A DNA stretch of 24,977 nucleotides from a virus (Duplodnaviria; Caudoviricetes). A model generated the notes under the pieces. That model saw only the letters and a program-made list of their open reading frames with translations, had not been told where the DNA came from and made no database searches. The position numbers were made by a program, and so were the translations under genes. The DNA lies in the IMG/VR virus record IMGVR_UViG_3300037791_000044, positions 1 through 24,977 of that record; one strand, written 5' to 3'. Shown here piece by piece: positions 9,466 to 17,639 of the stretch (its first letter is position 1; the number at the start of each line of letters is the position of its first letter).

Positions 9466-9932
9466 CCGCGGCGAACCTGGGCGGTGGCGTCACCGCGCAC
9501 CAGGCCCCTCAAAAGCAAGTCGACTGCGGGATAAGTTCGCCCGGCAGGCGCATCCTCGGCATATTGCATCGACACGCTGCCAACCGTCTCCGACACCACA
9601 CGGCCGCCCCGGTCGAGCGGCGGGGACAGGTGTTCCGTCAAGGCATGACGGGCCAACTCGGCGCAGGCCTTCTTGAGCTTGTCGGGGATTCCGGTGAGGT
9701 AGCGGCCCTCGGAATCATAGGCGCCGATCCGCGGCCAACCGAGTGGCTGGTTGAGATCGCTCAACAATCCGACCCACCGGTAGCGCCCGTCCAAATAGAC
9801 CGTCGCTTTGCGCAGGGCCGACTCGCGAGCCGCTTGGTCGGCGGCAGGCCAGTCGCTCTGGCCAAGCGCAGCGTGGTGAGCATCCGCTCCCTCAACATCG
9901 ACATAAACATCGTTTCCAACTGAGACGGCCAT
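9462..9932 (-). CDS. Putative head-tail adaptor (family often annotated DnaT-like; 156 aa)
   Basis: 'YVDV..AD..ALRKATVYLD...W.G...Q.L.WPR..IP..LK.ACAELA..ETVG..S..Y..YPAVDLLL' pattern. Lies downstream of the capsid gene. Confidence 0.78.
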   Translation of the reverse strand: MAVSVGNDVYVDVEGADAHHAALGQSDWPAADQAARESALRKATVYLDGRYRWVGLLSDLNQPLGWPRIGAYDSEGRYLTGIPDKLKKACAELARHALTEHLSPPLDRGGRVVSETVGSVSMQYAEDAPAGRTYPAVDLLLRGLVRGDATAQVRRG

Positions 9933-9936
9933 GTCA

Positions 9937-10266
9937 CTATCTCCCGTATTTGCCGCGTGATTTGCGGCGGGGTCGGCGCCGCGTTTGCTCCGCTGGCATG
10001 TGCTGCGGGCGCGCTAAAATCCGCTCGATGCCACTTTGGCTCGACGGCGTTTTTCGTTGAGCTGGATCGTAAAGCTCCGGCAGCGCGTCGATTGCGAGCG
10101 GCGGAGGGGCAATGAAGTCACCATGGGCCAACAACCGCCAATTCGCGTATCGGGTGTCTTTCTGCGCCATGTAATCGGCCAGATTGACCACTTGCGGCTG
10201 CCCGGTTCGCGCGTTCTCGAGCACGACGGTGGGGAGAAGGTCGGGTGAGAGAGACGGCTGCGACAT
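9937..10266 (-). CDS. Small capsid-associated hypothetical protein with basic C-terminus (109 aa)
   Basis: Start re-called to ATG 10266 (GGAGGAG RBS), because the longer ORF call spans a terminator. Stops 4 nt before the adaptor start. Confidence 0.65.
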   Translation of the reverse strand: MSQPSLSPDLLPTVVLENARTGQPQVVNLADYMAQKDTRYANWRLLAHGDFIAPPPLAIDALPELYDPAQRKTPSSQSGIERILARPQHMPAEQTRRRPRRKSRGKYGR

Positions 10267-10293
10267 GACTCCTCCAGATCGGAAAAGGATCAC

Positions 10294-10326
10294 AAAAAAG
10301 ACCGGCCCCCGCTTGGGAGGCCGGCC
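10294..10326 (-). terminator. Rho-independent terminator after the major capsid gene
   Basis: Minus strand GGCCGGCCTCC-CAAGC-GGGGGCCGGTC-TTTTTT: an 11-bp stem with two G-U pairs followed by a U tract. Confidence 0.8.
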
Positions 10327-10375
10327 AGTTCGGGGCCGCAGGACGGCCCCCTCGGGGGAGAGAAACGGCCGGGCG

Positions 10376-11530
10376 TCAACCCGCCAGACGCACCGCAAGC
10401 TCCGGTCGGACCAGCTTGGCGCCCCAGAGGACGTCGAACTCCCAGACCGTCTGCTTGTACTGGCGGCTGACCTCCAGCCGCAGCGACAGGCCGGTCTTGG
10501 CATCGGTCATCGACAGGATCTGATTGCCGAGCGAGAGATCCGCCAGCCCGGCAGCCAACGGCCGCATGGCGAGCGCAAACGCATCCCGGTGGAACAACAT
10601 GTTCACCACATGCGACTTCTCGACAGTCACACCCGCCGCATCGGCCACGTCCGCTTTCAAGGCAGGCGAAATGCCGACCACGACGCCGGATGTATCCAGG
10701 CTCGCATCCGTGGTCGCCACATAGGTTTGGCTGTGACCGGCGAAAGACAGCACGTCACCCTTCAGAACGGTCGGCGTGCCGGTATCCGACTTCAAAGTCA
10801 CCGCCGAAACACCGGTAATTGCCGCAGCAGCCGTGGTGATCGCATACGTCCCGTCATCCGATGCCGTTCCCGCCGTGTGGGTCGGGATACCGTCATCGGC
10901 ATACCAGTCGATGCCGAACTTGCGACCGATCTCGCCCTCAATCTTGACGGTCGGGGAGCCGGTCTTGTCGGCATCGGAGAATTGCGGCTGGTTCAGCGCA
11001 TTGGTTTCGGCATCGAAATCCAACACGCCGCGCCGGTTCTCACGCGGGGCGAGCTGTTTGTTCAGCAATTTGCGTCCCAATGTGGCGGCTGACACGTCGC
11101 TTGCGAACGGGGTGGTGCCCGCCGTTCCGATCAGGCCGTGAATGCCGGTGTATTCGGCATGAACCGACGCGTTGACCGCATTTGCCAGCGCCCGGATCGC
11201 CTCCGACATCTGCATTGGCACATGGTTTTCGTCCGAGTCGATCTCCATGATCTCCCGGTCGGTCAGGTAGAACCCGGCCTTCTTCCAGTTATCCAGGCTG
11301 ATCTGGACCGACTGGAGTGTGGTGTCGGCATTGGCCGGGGGCAGATGCGACGGGGTCACGTCGGTCGCCGCGATCGCACTCGGCAGCGGCACATCGATGG
11401 TGTCGCCCTTTTTGGCGGCGTCGGCCGAATAGTCGGAATTGACCAGACGCGGCATGATCGCCTGCTCGCGCAGCGCCATCAGGCCACGCGCCAGGATTTT
11501 CGGCATGACAGCCGAGAGGTCGTTCGCCAT
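10376..11530 (-). CDS. Major capsid protein, P22 coat protein (gp5)-like family (384 aa)
   Basis: Start re-called to ATG 11530 (AGAAAGGA RBS). 'MANDL..L..LRE..MPRLVNSDY...KKGDTI.VP.P' and 'N.LFHRDAFALAMRPL..GLSLR..K.T...FDVLWG.K.VRPELAVRL' motifs. Confidence 0.92.
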   Translation of the reverse strand: MANDLSAVMPKILARGLMALREQAIMPRLVNSDYSADAAKKGDTIDVPLPSAIAATDVTPSHLPPANADTTLQSVQISLDNWKKAGFYLTDREIMEIDSDENHVPMQMSEAIRALANAVNASVHAEYTGIHGLIGTAGTTPFASDVSAATLGRKLLNKQLAPRENRRGVLDFDAETNALNQPQFSDADKTGSPTVKIEGEIGRKFGIDWYADDGIPTHTAGTASDDGTYAITTAAAAITGVSAVTLKSDTGTPTVLKGDVLSFAGHSQTYVATTDASLDTSGVVVGISPALKADVADAAGVTVEKSHVVNMLFHRDAFALAMRPLAAGLADLSLGNQILSMTDAKTGLSLRLEVSRQYKQTVWEFDVLWGAKLVRPELAVRLAG

Positions 11531-11673
11531 TGCGAAGTCCTTTCTGAGGATTTGATTTTTTGCGTGGTGGTATGGCGATCGGCGCATCCCGCGACACGAT
11601 CGGAGATTGGGTCGTCACCCGGACGACGGTTCGGGGCTATCGCGTGACAGCGATGCCCCATAAAATTCGACTC

Positions 11674-12483
11674 ATGCGAAACGTCATCTCCGCACTTGTC
11701 GTCTCATTCTTGGCCCTGGGGACCACGGCAACAGCACAGGTGCATCACCCCATCTGCGCGCAAGCCCGCATCGAGAGCGATTGCGGCTGGGCATATCGGG
11801 ACACCAGAATCTGCGAAACGGTCGACAGCGCCTACCAACCGAGACCGCCGAAAAGCGTGAACGAAGACCTCATCGCCCTGTCCCTCCCCAAGCGTGGATC
11901 TCTGTTATCGAATATCGACTTGATTGAGGCGCGTTTGATCGCCTGCGGCCTCGCCGAGGTCGGCGAGGATGTGACCGCGCGCTCCGTTCTTGATGATGAG
12001 ATCACCGGTTTGCATGCAGACTTCGCGCGCTATTGGCAGGGTGGCGAGCTGCTGCCGGCCCTGGCCGAACTTATCGTAGCCCAGTACGATCTGGGCTTTC
12101 GCGACGACGCGCTCAAAAGCCTCAAGCTGTTCGATCACCTCGCGGGCGGAGCAGAGCCGCTCGGCCAGGTCGTGATGGCGCAGTTGGAGCTTGGTGGCCA
12201 TATGGCCCGGCTCCGGGAATTCGAGTTCGCCGATCGCTACTTCGCCTCGGTCGAGCTTTTGTGGCCCTTACTGCCCGATCACGAAGAGAAATCGAGACCG
12301 CGGGTGCACGTCGATACGCTTGTGATGATCGCCCATACCCAGATTGAGGCAGGGGCGTTCGTACGCGGTGCCGAAACCTTAGACCGGGCGGACGCCGCTT
12401 TGGCGAATGCTCAAGTGGCGGATGAGACCCGGTCTATTCTGCGTCAAGCGGTCGACGCACTCAGAGACCGCTTGGACAAATGA
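11674..12483 (+). CDS. Exported helical (TPR-like) hypothetical protein (about 269 aa)
   Basis: Sec-type signal MRNVISALVVSFLALGTTATA. Four Cys in the N-terminal part and amphipathic helical repeats. Fills a gap with no good minus-strand ORF. Start could be 11653. Confidence 0.7.
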   Translation: MRNVISALVVSFLALGTTATAQVHHPICAQARIESDCGWAYRDTRICETVDSAYQPRPPKSVNEDLIALSLPKRGSLLSNIDLIEARLIACGLAEVGEDVTARSVLDDEITGLHADFARYWQGGELLPALAELIVAQYDLGFRDDALKSLKLFDHLAGGAEPLGQVVMAQLELGGHMARLREFEFADRYFASVELLWPLLPDHEEKSRPRVHVDTLVMIAHTQIEAGAFVRGAETLDRADAALANAQVADETRSILRQAVDALRDRLDK

Positions 12484-12498
12484 CGCCTCTCCAGCCTA

Positions 12499-12918
12499 TC
12501 AGGGATAGACCAGCATCGAGACGTCGGTGATCTGCTGGATCGATCCGCGCGGAGCCGCTCTAAGCACAATCTTCGCAATCTCTTCCTGCAGGCCGCGTTG
12601 CTCCCGTTGGTCCAGCATGGTGGAGGCGGATTGCGAGGACAGGAGACGTTTCACCCTGTTTTCAACGTCACGGCTTACGCGCTGCAATGCTTGAACCGCC
12701 CGATTGTCCGGCGCATTTACCGAAACCGTGACATTAGCCGAGGTCCACCCGAGCCGGCTTCGATCGCCACGCACCTGGATCCTTGGAAACGTGTAGTAAT
12801 GCGCAGCTTCTGCGGCTCCCGCGCCAAGTAAGGTCGCACCCAGCGCACCCCCCAACGCCCCGCCCATCCAAGCGAGCGCACGGCGGCGGGTGATGTCAGT
12901 CTTGGTATTAGAGGTCAT
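12499..12918 (-). CDS. Tat-exported protein with FliL-like C-terminal domain (139 aa)
   Basis: Start re-called to ATG 12918 (GGGAGA RBS). Twin-arginine ITRRRAL, a hydrophobic region and an AEA-A cleavage site. Mature part 'V.VSV..D..A...L....V.RLLSSQSA..M.....RGLQEEI..IV......I' follows the FliL pattern. Confidence 0.68.
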   Translation of the reverse strand: MTSNTKTDITRRRALAWMGGALGGALGATLLGAGAAEAAHYYTFPRIQVRGDRSRLGWTSANVTVSVNAPDNRAVQALQRVSRDVENRVKRLLSSQSASTMLDQREQRGLQEEIAKIVLRAAPRGSIQQITDVSMLVYP

Positions 12919-13037
12919 GTCGGTCTCCCAGGTTTGATCCGTCGATACCTCGGCTAAGGACGACGGTGGCTGGTTTTGCGACAAGGCCTCCATATCTTAT
13001 TCAGTCCCAAGCGGCGGGTTTCGACATCCGCATCGAA

Positions 13038-13487
13038 TCATGTTGTTCGAATCAGCTTGAACAGATGGTTTGTAATTCTCAAAAACGCAAATAACGAAAA
13101 AGATCCTGATAAAATCCAAAAATATTTAAAAATTTCCTGTGCATTCTGTGAAGATTGCGGATTCTGGTTCGGCTCAACAAACAAACCCACCAATGACACA
13201 ACCAAAAGCAACATCGAACCATAGACAGCGATTCGAATGTATCCAAGTAATATATCGTGATATCCTGCGGACTTAAGCCTCTGAAACACTTCAGATCCCG
13301 TAAGACCTAGAACTATTGCTTTAGCCGCACTTAAGAATCCAAGTAAAACTGCGGCCACAGTACCAGAAACTCCCATAAGCGCCGTATAATCCATTGGAAA
13401 AGGTTGGCCCAATGGCCACCCCCAAACAACAACAACAACGGCTGCTAATAAATATGGCCACCCTTTCTCAAACTGAAGCTCAGTCAC
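13038..13487 (-). CDS. Four-helix membrane protein, RexB-like partner candidate (about 149 aa)
   Basis: Four hydrophobic segments. The GTG start overlaps the upstream TGA (GTGA); alternative ATG at 13508. AT-rich. Confidence 0.72.
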   Translation of the reverse strand: MTELQFEKGWPYLLAAVVVVVWGWPLGQPFPMDYTALMGVSGTVAAVLLGFLSAAKAIVLGLTGSEVFQRLKSAGYHDILLGYIRIAVYGSMLLLVVSLVGLFVEPNQNPQSSQNAQEIFKYFWILSGSFSLFAFLRITNHLFKLIRTT

Positions 13488-14350
13488 AATGATCCATCCC
13501 TTCGCCATGTTCGGTATGCTGATTTCAATAGTGCCCAGCGAATATTGCGAGGATAACGACCATCGTCTCCAATTTCGATCGGCAGATCGACTTCCAAACG
13601 GTCATCTAAAAGATTTATGGTCTCCGTACTGTCATCCTCTGTAGGCTTTGCTTTCACAACTACCCGGCGAACCGCATCGCCAAGCCGCTGAATTTGATTT
13701 AGCAAACGCAGCACATCATTCTGATGGAGTGAACTATCTCTAGGAAGCCCTGTTGAATATTTAATAGTAACTGTTTCAAGGCCTCCAATCGGATTCTGCA
13801 GCACACTACCCAATCCCCGACCGTCCGAGAGATCGTTTTTTGAGACCGCAGGAACACTGATTTTTGCCTCGAATGAGCGGAAGATGCTCATTCCTCTCAA
13901 CCGAGCATATCCATCCGGACGAAGCCTTACTCCAAACTCGAAGACCGGTGTCTGATTACGGTTTGGATGAACCCAGGACTCATCCGCACCATCAATATAG
14001 TCAGCTATGCCCAATGGCCTTGGACCAAAATGATTGTACTGTACAACCAAGAAGCCACTAGCTGGATCATAGACCATAGCGGTTTCCTCACCGAAGCCAT
14101 CACCAGCACTCACGTCAATATTAAAGCCACCAAGAGGTTCTCCGCGTCGGTATAGGCCTGGGCCATGTTCTCTTCGACGCATGAAGTCAGCGAGGATCAA
14201 CCCATCCTCGACCGTTAGAGCTTCGAGTCGCATAGCTGACAAAGAATCATCTAAAAACCGACTATCCAATGGGCGGTCAGCCAATTGATTCAGAACCGCA
14301 ACAAAGTCATATCCATCAACTTGCGACAGCTGGTAAGCGTGAATTTTCAT
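13484..14350 (-). CDS. Soluble protein, DUF6731-like / RexA-like candidate (288 aa)
   Basis: Start re-called to ATG 14350 (AAGGAGGT RBS). 'GEETAMVYDP..LVVQYNHFGPR..I..Y' and 'INLLDDRL' motifs recalled from DUF6731-type proteins. Lower GC than its flanks. Confidence 0.65.
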   Translation of the reverse strand: MKIHAYQLSQVDGYDFVAVLNQLADRPLDSRFLDDSLSAMRLEALTVEDGLILADFMRRREHGPGLYRRGEPLGGFNIDVSAGDGFGEETAMVYDPASGFLVVQYNHFGPRPLGIADYIDGADESWVHPNRNQTPVFEFGVRLRPDGYARLRGMSIFRSFEAKISVPAVSKNDLSDGRGLGSVLQNPIGGLETVTIKYSTGLPRDSSLHQNDVLRLLNQIQRLGDAVRRVVVKAKPTEDDSTETINLLDDRLEVDLPIEIGDDGRYPRNIRWALLKSAYRTWRRDGSL

Positions 14351-14450
14351 ACTTTTACCTCCTTTTGGCGATCGCATCATGCGCCAAGAAGAGAGGAAAA
14401 ATCAAACTCCGATTGTAAGAGTCATTTCTGAATTTGAATACGCTATCCCC

Positions 14451-15320
14451 TCACACAACCCGCACGCGGCCCGAGGCGATGTCGGCGACGTGGCGGGCGA
14501 TGGCGCGGGGGTCGGAGAGGGCGACGGTGATCGGACCACCCTCGCCCCGACCGGCAGCCGGTGCCCCGCTCCCCGCCTTGCCGGCGCCGTCGAACGCGCG
14601 GGCATAGAGCGGGTCGGCGCGTAGCCGTTCGACCAGCTCCAAAACCGTCAGCATCTTGCCGATACGACCGCTCTTGGCGACGGCTTTCGCGGTGTCGCCA
14701 TCTTCCGGTCCGGCCTTTACGGCTTTGCCCGCCTCGTCGATCACGTGAATGTCTGGAAGTCCGCTCTCCGGGTCCGAGGTCACCCGAAGGCGCGGCAGGA
14801 TCACAGGCAACAACAGCTCGGGCGCCCCGCGAGCCGCCAGGATCGCCGCACGAGCTTCGGATTCCAGCAATCGGGTCTGCAGCGCGGCAACTGTGGGATC
14901 GGCGGCAGGATCGGCGGCAGGGTCGGCAGCGGGTTCAGGCTCCGAGTCAGACGCCGCCGGGTCAGACGCCGCCGGGTCTTCGTCAGCCTCCGGTGCCGAG
15001 GCCTCGGTTTCCGCATCCTTTTCGGGGTCGGTTTCCGGATCATGGGCTGCATCCGGCTCGACTTCGTCCGGGACCTCGCCCGATCCATCTTCGGACGCGT
15101 CCTGGGCGGCTTCGGGTGGGGTCGCATCCTTGAGCTGAGCCAGTTCCACCTTCAGAGCCTTCTTGGCCTCACGCTCCTTTTCGAGCGCCGATTTCAGGCC
15201 GGAGACGTCTTCCACGCCCTCTGCGTCCAACCGGAACCGGCCGTCCTCGGTTTCCACGTAGAAGGCGCGCGCCGCTTCGGGCAAATCCTCGAGACGGTCG
15301 ACGATGGCGGGCAAGGACAT
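14451..15320 (-). CDS. Capsid scaffolding protein (289 aa)
   Basis: GGAGA RBS. 'L..LPE....FY.E..DG.F.LD.EG.EDVSGLKSALEKER' N-terminus, coiled coil, and C-terminal 'F....GSGA'. Directly after the portal. Confidence 0.85.
   Translation of the reverse strand: MSLPAIVDRLEDLPEAARAFYVETEDGRFRLDAEGVEDVSGLKSALEKEREAKKALKVELAQLKDATPPEAAQDASEDGSGEVPDEVEPDAAHDPETDPEKDAETEASAPEADEDPAASDPAASDSEPEPAADPAADPAADPTVAALQTRLLESEARAAILAARGAPELLLPVILPRLRVTSDPESGLPDIHVIDEAGKAVKAGPEDGDTAKAVAKSGRIGKMLTVLELVERLRADPLYARAFDGAGKAGSGAPAAGRGEGGPITVALSDPRAIARHVADIASGRVRVV
14896..14978. repeat. In-frame tandem repeats in the scaffold gene (12-bp x3, 15-bp x2)
   Basis: GGATCGGCGGCA x2 plus a degenerate copy at 14896-14931, and GTCAGACGCCGCCGG x2 at 14946-14975. 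They encode DPAA/DPAAS units. Confidence 0.85.
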
Positions 15321-15361
15321 GGCAAGTCTCCGTTACAGGTGATCCAAAAGAAGAAAGGGGT

Positions 15362-16726
15362 TCAGGCGGCCTCGGCGTCGATGACCCCGCGTCTGCGGAT
15401 CTCCGACAGGAAGGCCTCGCGGCTCAGCTCACCGGCGAGCCGCATTTTCAGCAGCATGTCGATTTCCTGGGCGGCCTCCGGGGCCAGGCCGACATCGGTA
15501 TCCAAGGTGACGCGGCCCGCCGCTTCCGGATCGATTGACATCCAGTCGGTCGCGAGGCGCAAGGCGCGGGTTAGCCCGTCCTCGACGGCACGGACGGCGG
15601 AGGACAGCGCACTATCGGCACGCGCGGCATCGATCGCCCGCTCGGTCGCGGTCATCCCACCGGAGCGTTGCACCAGCAGATCCAATCCCATCACCGCCAT
15701 CCGGTCCTCAAGATCCGCGAGATCCTGGCGGCCGGCCTCGATCGCGGCCCCGGAGTGCTCGACATAACGCAGATCGGCAGTGTCCCCGTCGCCGATGATC
15801 AGGCGGTTCGGGCCGATCTCGATGCCGTCCTCGCCGACTTTGAGATTGCGGCCGAACAGAATCGGCACCCGGGCCACGTGGAGGATGTGGCGCTGGTCCG
15901 AGCTCGACTGCCAATGGGCGAGGTTGAGCCAGGCCAGATCGATCAGCCCGGGGCGCGCCGTCATGAACCCGGTCCGATCGGCGTAGATCGTGACCAACGG
16001 GATCGTGTCCATCGAGGTCTCCCCCGAGGCGTGCCGCGTCCAGAGATCGGAAGCGCCGCCCTCGCCGCGCCGCCAGGTCTCCCATCGGCCGGGCTCAAGC
16101 ACGCGGATTTGTTCAATCGGTCGTTCACCCCACGCGCCGTCGCGCTCAACCACCACTTCGCGGATCCGGACCCGGTCCAGCGTGCCGCCGACCCCCTCCT
16201 CCGACAGCCGCCAGCCGATCAAGTCGCGCGCCGGAATGTGGACCAGGTAGGGTCGGATGCCCCGCGCCCGTTCGTCGGCCAAGGTCTTGCCTTCACCGGT
16301 CACGCCGCCAACGGGGTAGTCGACCAACACATGGGTTAGCCCGTCGGAAACGGCCGCGCGTAGGATGTCGCGGGCGAAGACGGTGAGATCGCGGCCTCCC
16401 AGGTCCAGGTTCTCGCAGATCCGCCGGATGTCGGGGTGGGCGTCGTCGGTCAGCGTGACGGGCTTCTGGAACGGCTTGCCGACCAGGGTTTGCAGCGCCC
16501 GGCCGATGCCATTGAACAGCACCGTGCGGTTGAGCCGAATGCGGTAGGCCTGAAAGCTTTCCCGCGGCTCGCGCGGCAGCCAGCGTTCACCGGCAACCCG
16601 CATCGAGCGGGTGCCGCCCAGCAAATCGTGCACCAGCTCCCAATCCGGAGCCATCGCGGACCAGGCGCCGTTCGGGGTCGCGACATCGGCCTCGGTGCCG
16701 AGTACGCCGGGAGTGTGGTCTGTCAT
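15362..16726 (-). CDS. Portal protein (DUF4055-type, 454 aa)
   Basis: GAGGA RBS. 'LLGGT..MR.AGE.WLP..P.E...Y..RL', 'G..HVLVDYP', 'RPY' and 'LAWLNLAHWQSSSDQRHILHVARVPIL' motifs. Confidence 0.9.
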   Translation of the reverse strand: MTDHTPGVLGTEADVATPNGAWSAMAPDWELVHDLLGGTRSMRVAGERWLPREPRESFQAYRIRLNRTVLFNGIGRALQTLVGKPFQKPVTLTDDAHPDIRRICENLDLGGRDLTVFARDILRAAVSDGLTHVLVDYPVGGVTGEGKTLADERARGIRPYLVHIPARDLIGWRLSEEGVGGTLDRVRIREVVVERDGAWGERPIEQIRVLEPGRWETWRRGEGGASDLWTRHASGETSMDTIPLVTIYADRTGFMTARPGLIDLAWLNLAHWQSSSDQRHILHVARVPILFGRNLKVGEDGIEIGPNRLIIGDGDTADLRYVEHSGAAIEAGRQDLADLEDRMAVMGLDLLVQRSGGMTATERAIDAARADSALSSAVRAVEDGLTRALRLATDWMSIDPEAAGRVTLDTDVGLAPEAAQEIDMLLKMRLAGELSREAFLSEIRRRGVIDAEAA

Positions 16727-16763
16727 GGCATGTCCTCGCTCGTGTCGTCTGCGGAAATCGGGA

Positions 16764-17153
16764 TCAGGTTTCGTCCCACCAGAACGGAATGGTCACGGTC
16801 GCCTCGAATTCGTCGAAGCCACCTCCGGTCAGCGACACCACGGCGGCACGGGTCCGGGCGCCGCCGATGGTGCGGTGGCGGAACAGGACCGCGATCTCGT
16901 CGGCCATCGACAAAACCTCGCCCGACCCCACGCCCTTGGGCACATGGCAGCGGATCCTGATCGAGCCTTTGTGGCGGTATAGCGGTGGCTGTCCCAAACC
17001 GATGACCTCCGTACTTTCGGTGACCAGGAACAGGCTGAGGTAGCGGCCGTCCGCGGGGGTCGTGAACTCGACGTTTTCAAAGGCGATCGGCGTCGAGCTC
17101 CAGGCTCCAACCAGATACGCCTCGACCGCGCCGCGCAGGGCTGCGTGTCCCAT
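16764..17153 (-). CDS. Tail terminator-like protein (DUF4128-like, 129 aa)
   Basis: GGGAGA RBS. 'TPIAFENV.F..P....Y....LG...R..G.I.I....PKG.G......AD.IA.LF....VTIPF' pattern. Confidence 0.78.
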   Translation of the reverse strand: MGHAALRGAVEAYLVGAWSSTPIAFENVEFTTPADGRYLSLFLVTESTEVIGLGQPPLYRHKGSIRIRCHVPKGVGSGEVLSMADEIAVLFRHRTIGGARTRAAVVSLTGGGFDEFEATVTIPFWWDET

Positions 17154-17219
17154 AACGGGTCTCCCAGGTTGTGATGTGAAAGCGAGGCGGCGGCCCCAGG
17201 GGCAGCTACAAAGGCAGCC

Positions 17220-17579
17220 TCAATCGGATACTAACCGCTTGCGTCGCCGACGACGGCGCGTCCACCAGGTCCAGAAAATCCAACTGTGCAAAGCAAGCGA
17301 CAATGTAGTGCTAAATAACCCTGCAAATACCAAAAACTTAGCAACCCCACTACCGGTAACGACATTAAATAAAACTGATAAAGGAATTGAAATTTCTAGA
17401 ATACGTCGATCATACCTTCCTCTTTTCTTAAAGTGGGTCCGAAATTTTCTAATTCTATAGTTTGTGAGTATGTCAACAGGAACGACCACAAAAAACAGCA
17501 ATAAACACTGAATCAAACTTATTTGAATAGCTAAACGCAATAATTCTATTTCTCGGTCCAATTCTTCTAAAATGCTCAT
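17220..17579 (-). CDS. Small 3-TM membrane protein, immunity candidate 2 (119 aa)
   Basis: Three hydrophobic segments, an Arg-rich tail, AT-rich, GGGGGG upstream of the ATG. Resembles 17640..17972. Confidence 0.65.
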   Translation of the reverse strand: MSILEELDREIELLRLAIQISLIQCLLLFFVVVPVDILTNYRIRKFRTHFKKRGRYDRRILEISIPLSVLFNVVTGSGVAKFLVFAGLFSTTLSLALHSWIFWTWWTRRRRRRKRLVSD

Positions 17580-17639
17580 TCAACCCCCCGTAAAATCAAA
17601 TCACATTCCACCGCACGCTTCACCAAATTGACGCCGATT

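Noticed and set aside
9462-9932. 'DnaT-like' protein as a replication gene
   Set aside because: Its position between capsid and head closure and its motif pattern fit a head-tail adaptor.
10184-11092. 302-aa plus-strand ORF
   Set aside because: Antisense to the major capsid gene; Arg-rich with no motifs.
14896-14978. Short direct repeats as a possible CRISPR array
   Set aside because: No spacers; the units are codon multiples within a coding region; no cas genes.
14561-16339. Several long plus-strand ORFs, including 14745..15767
   Set aside because: Shadows of the scaffold and portal genes.
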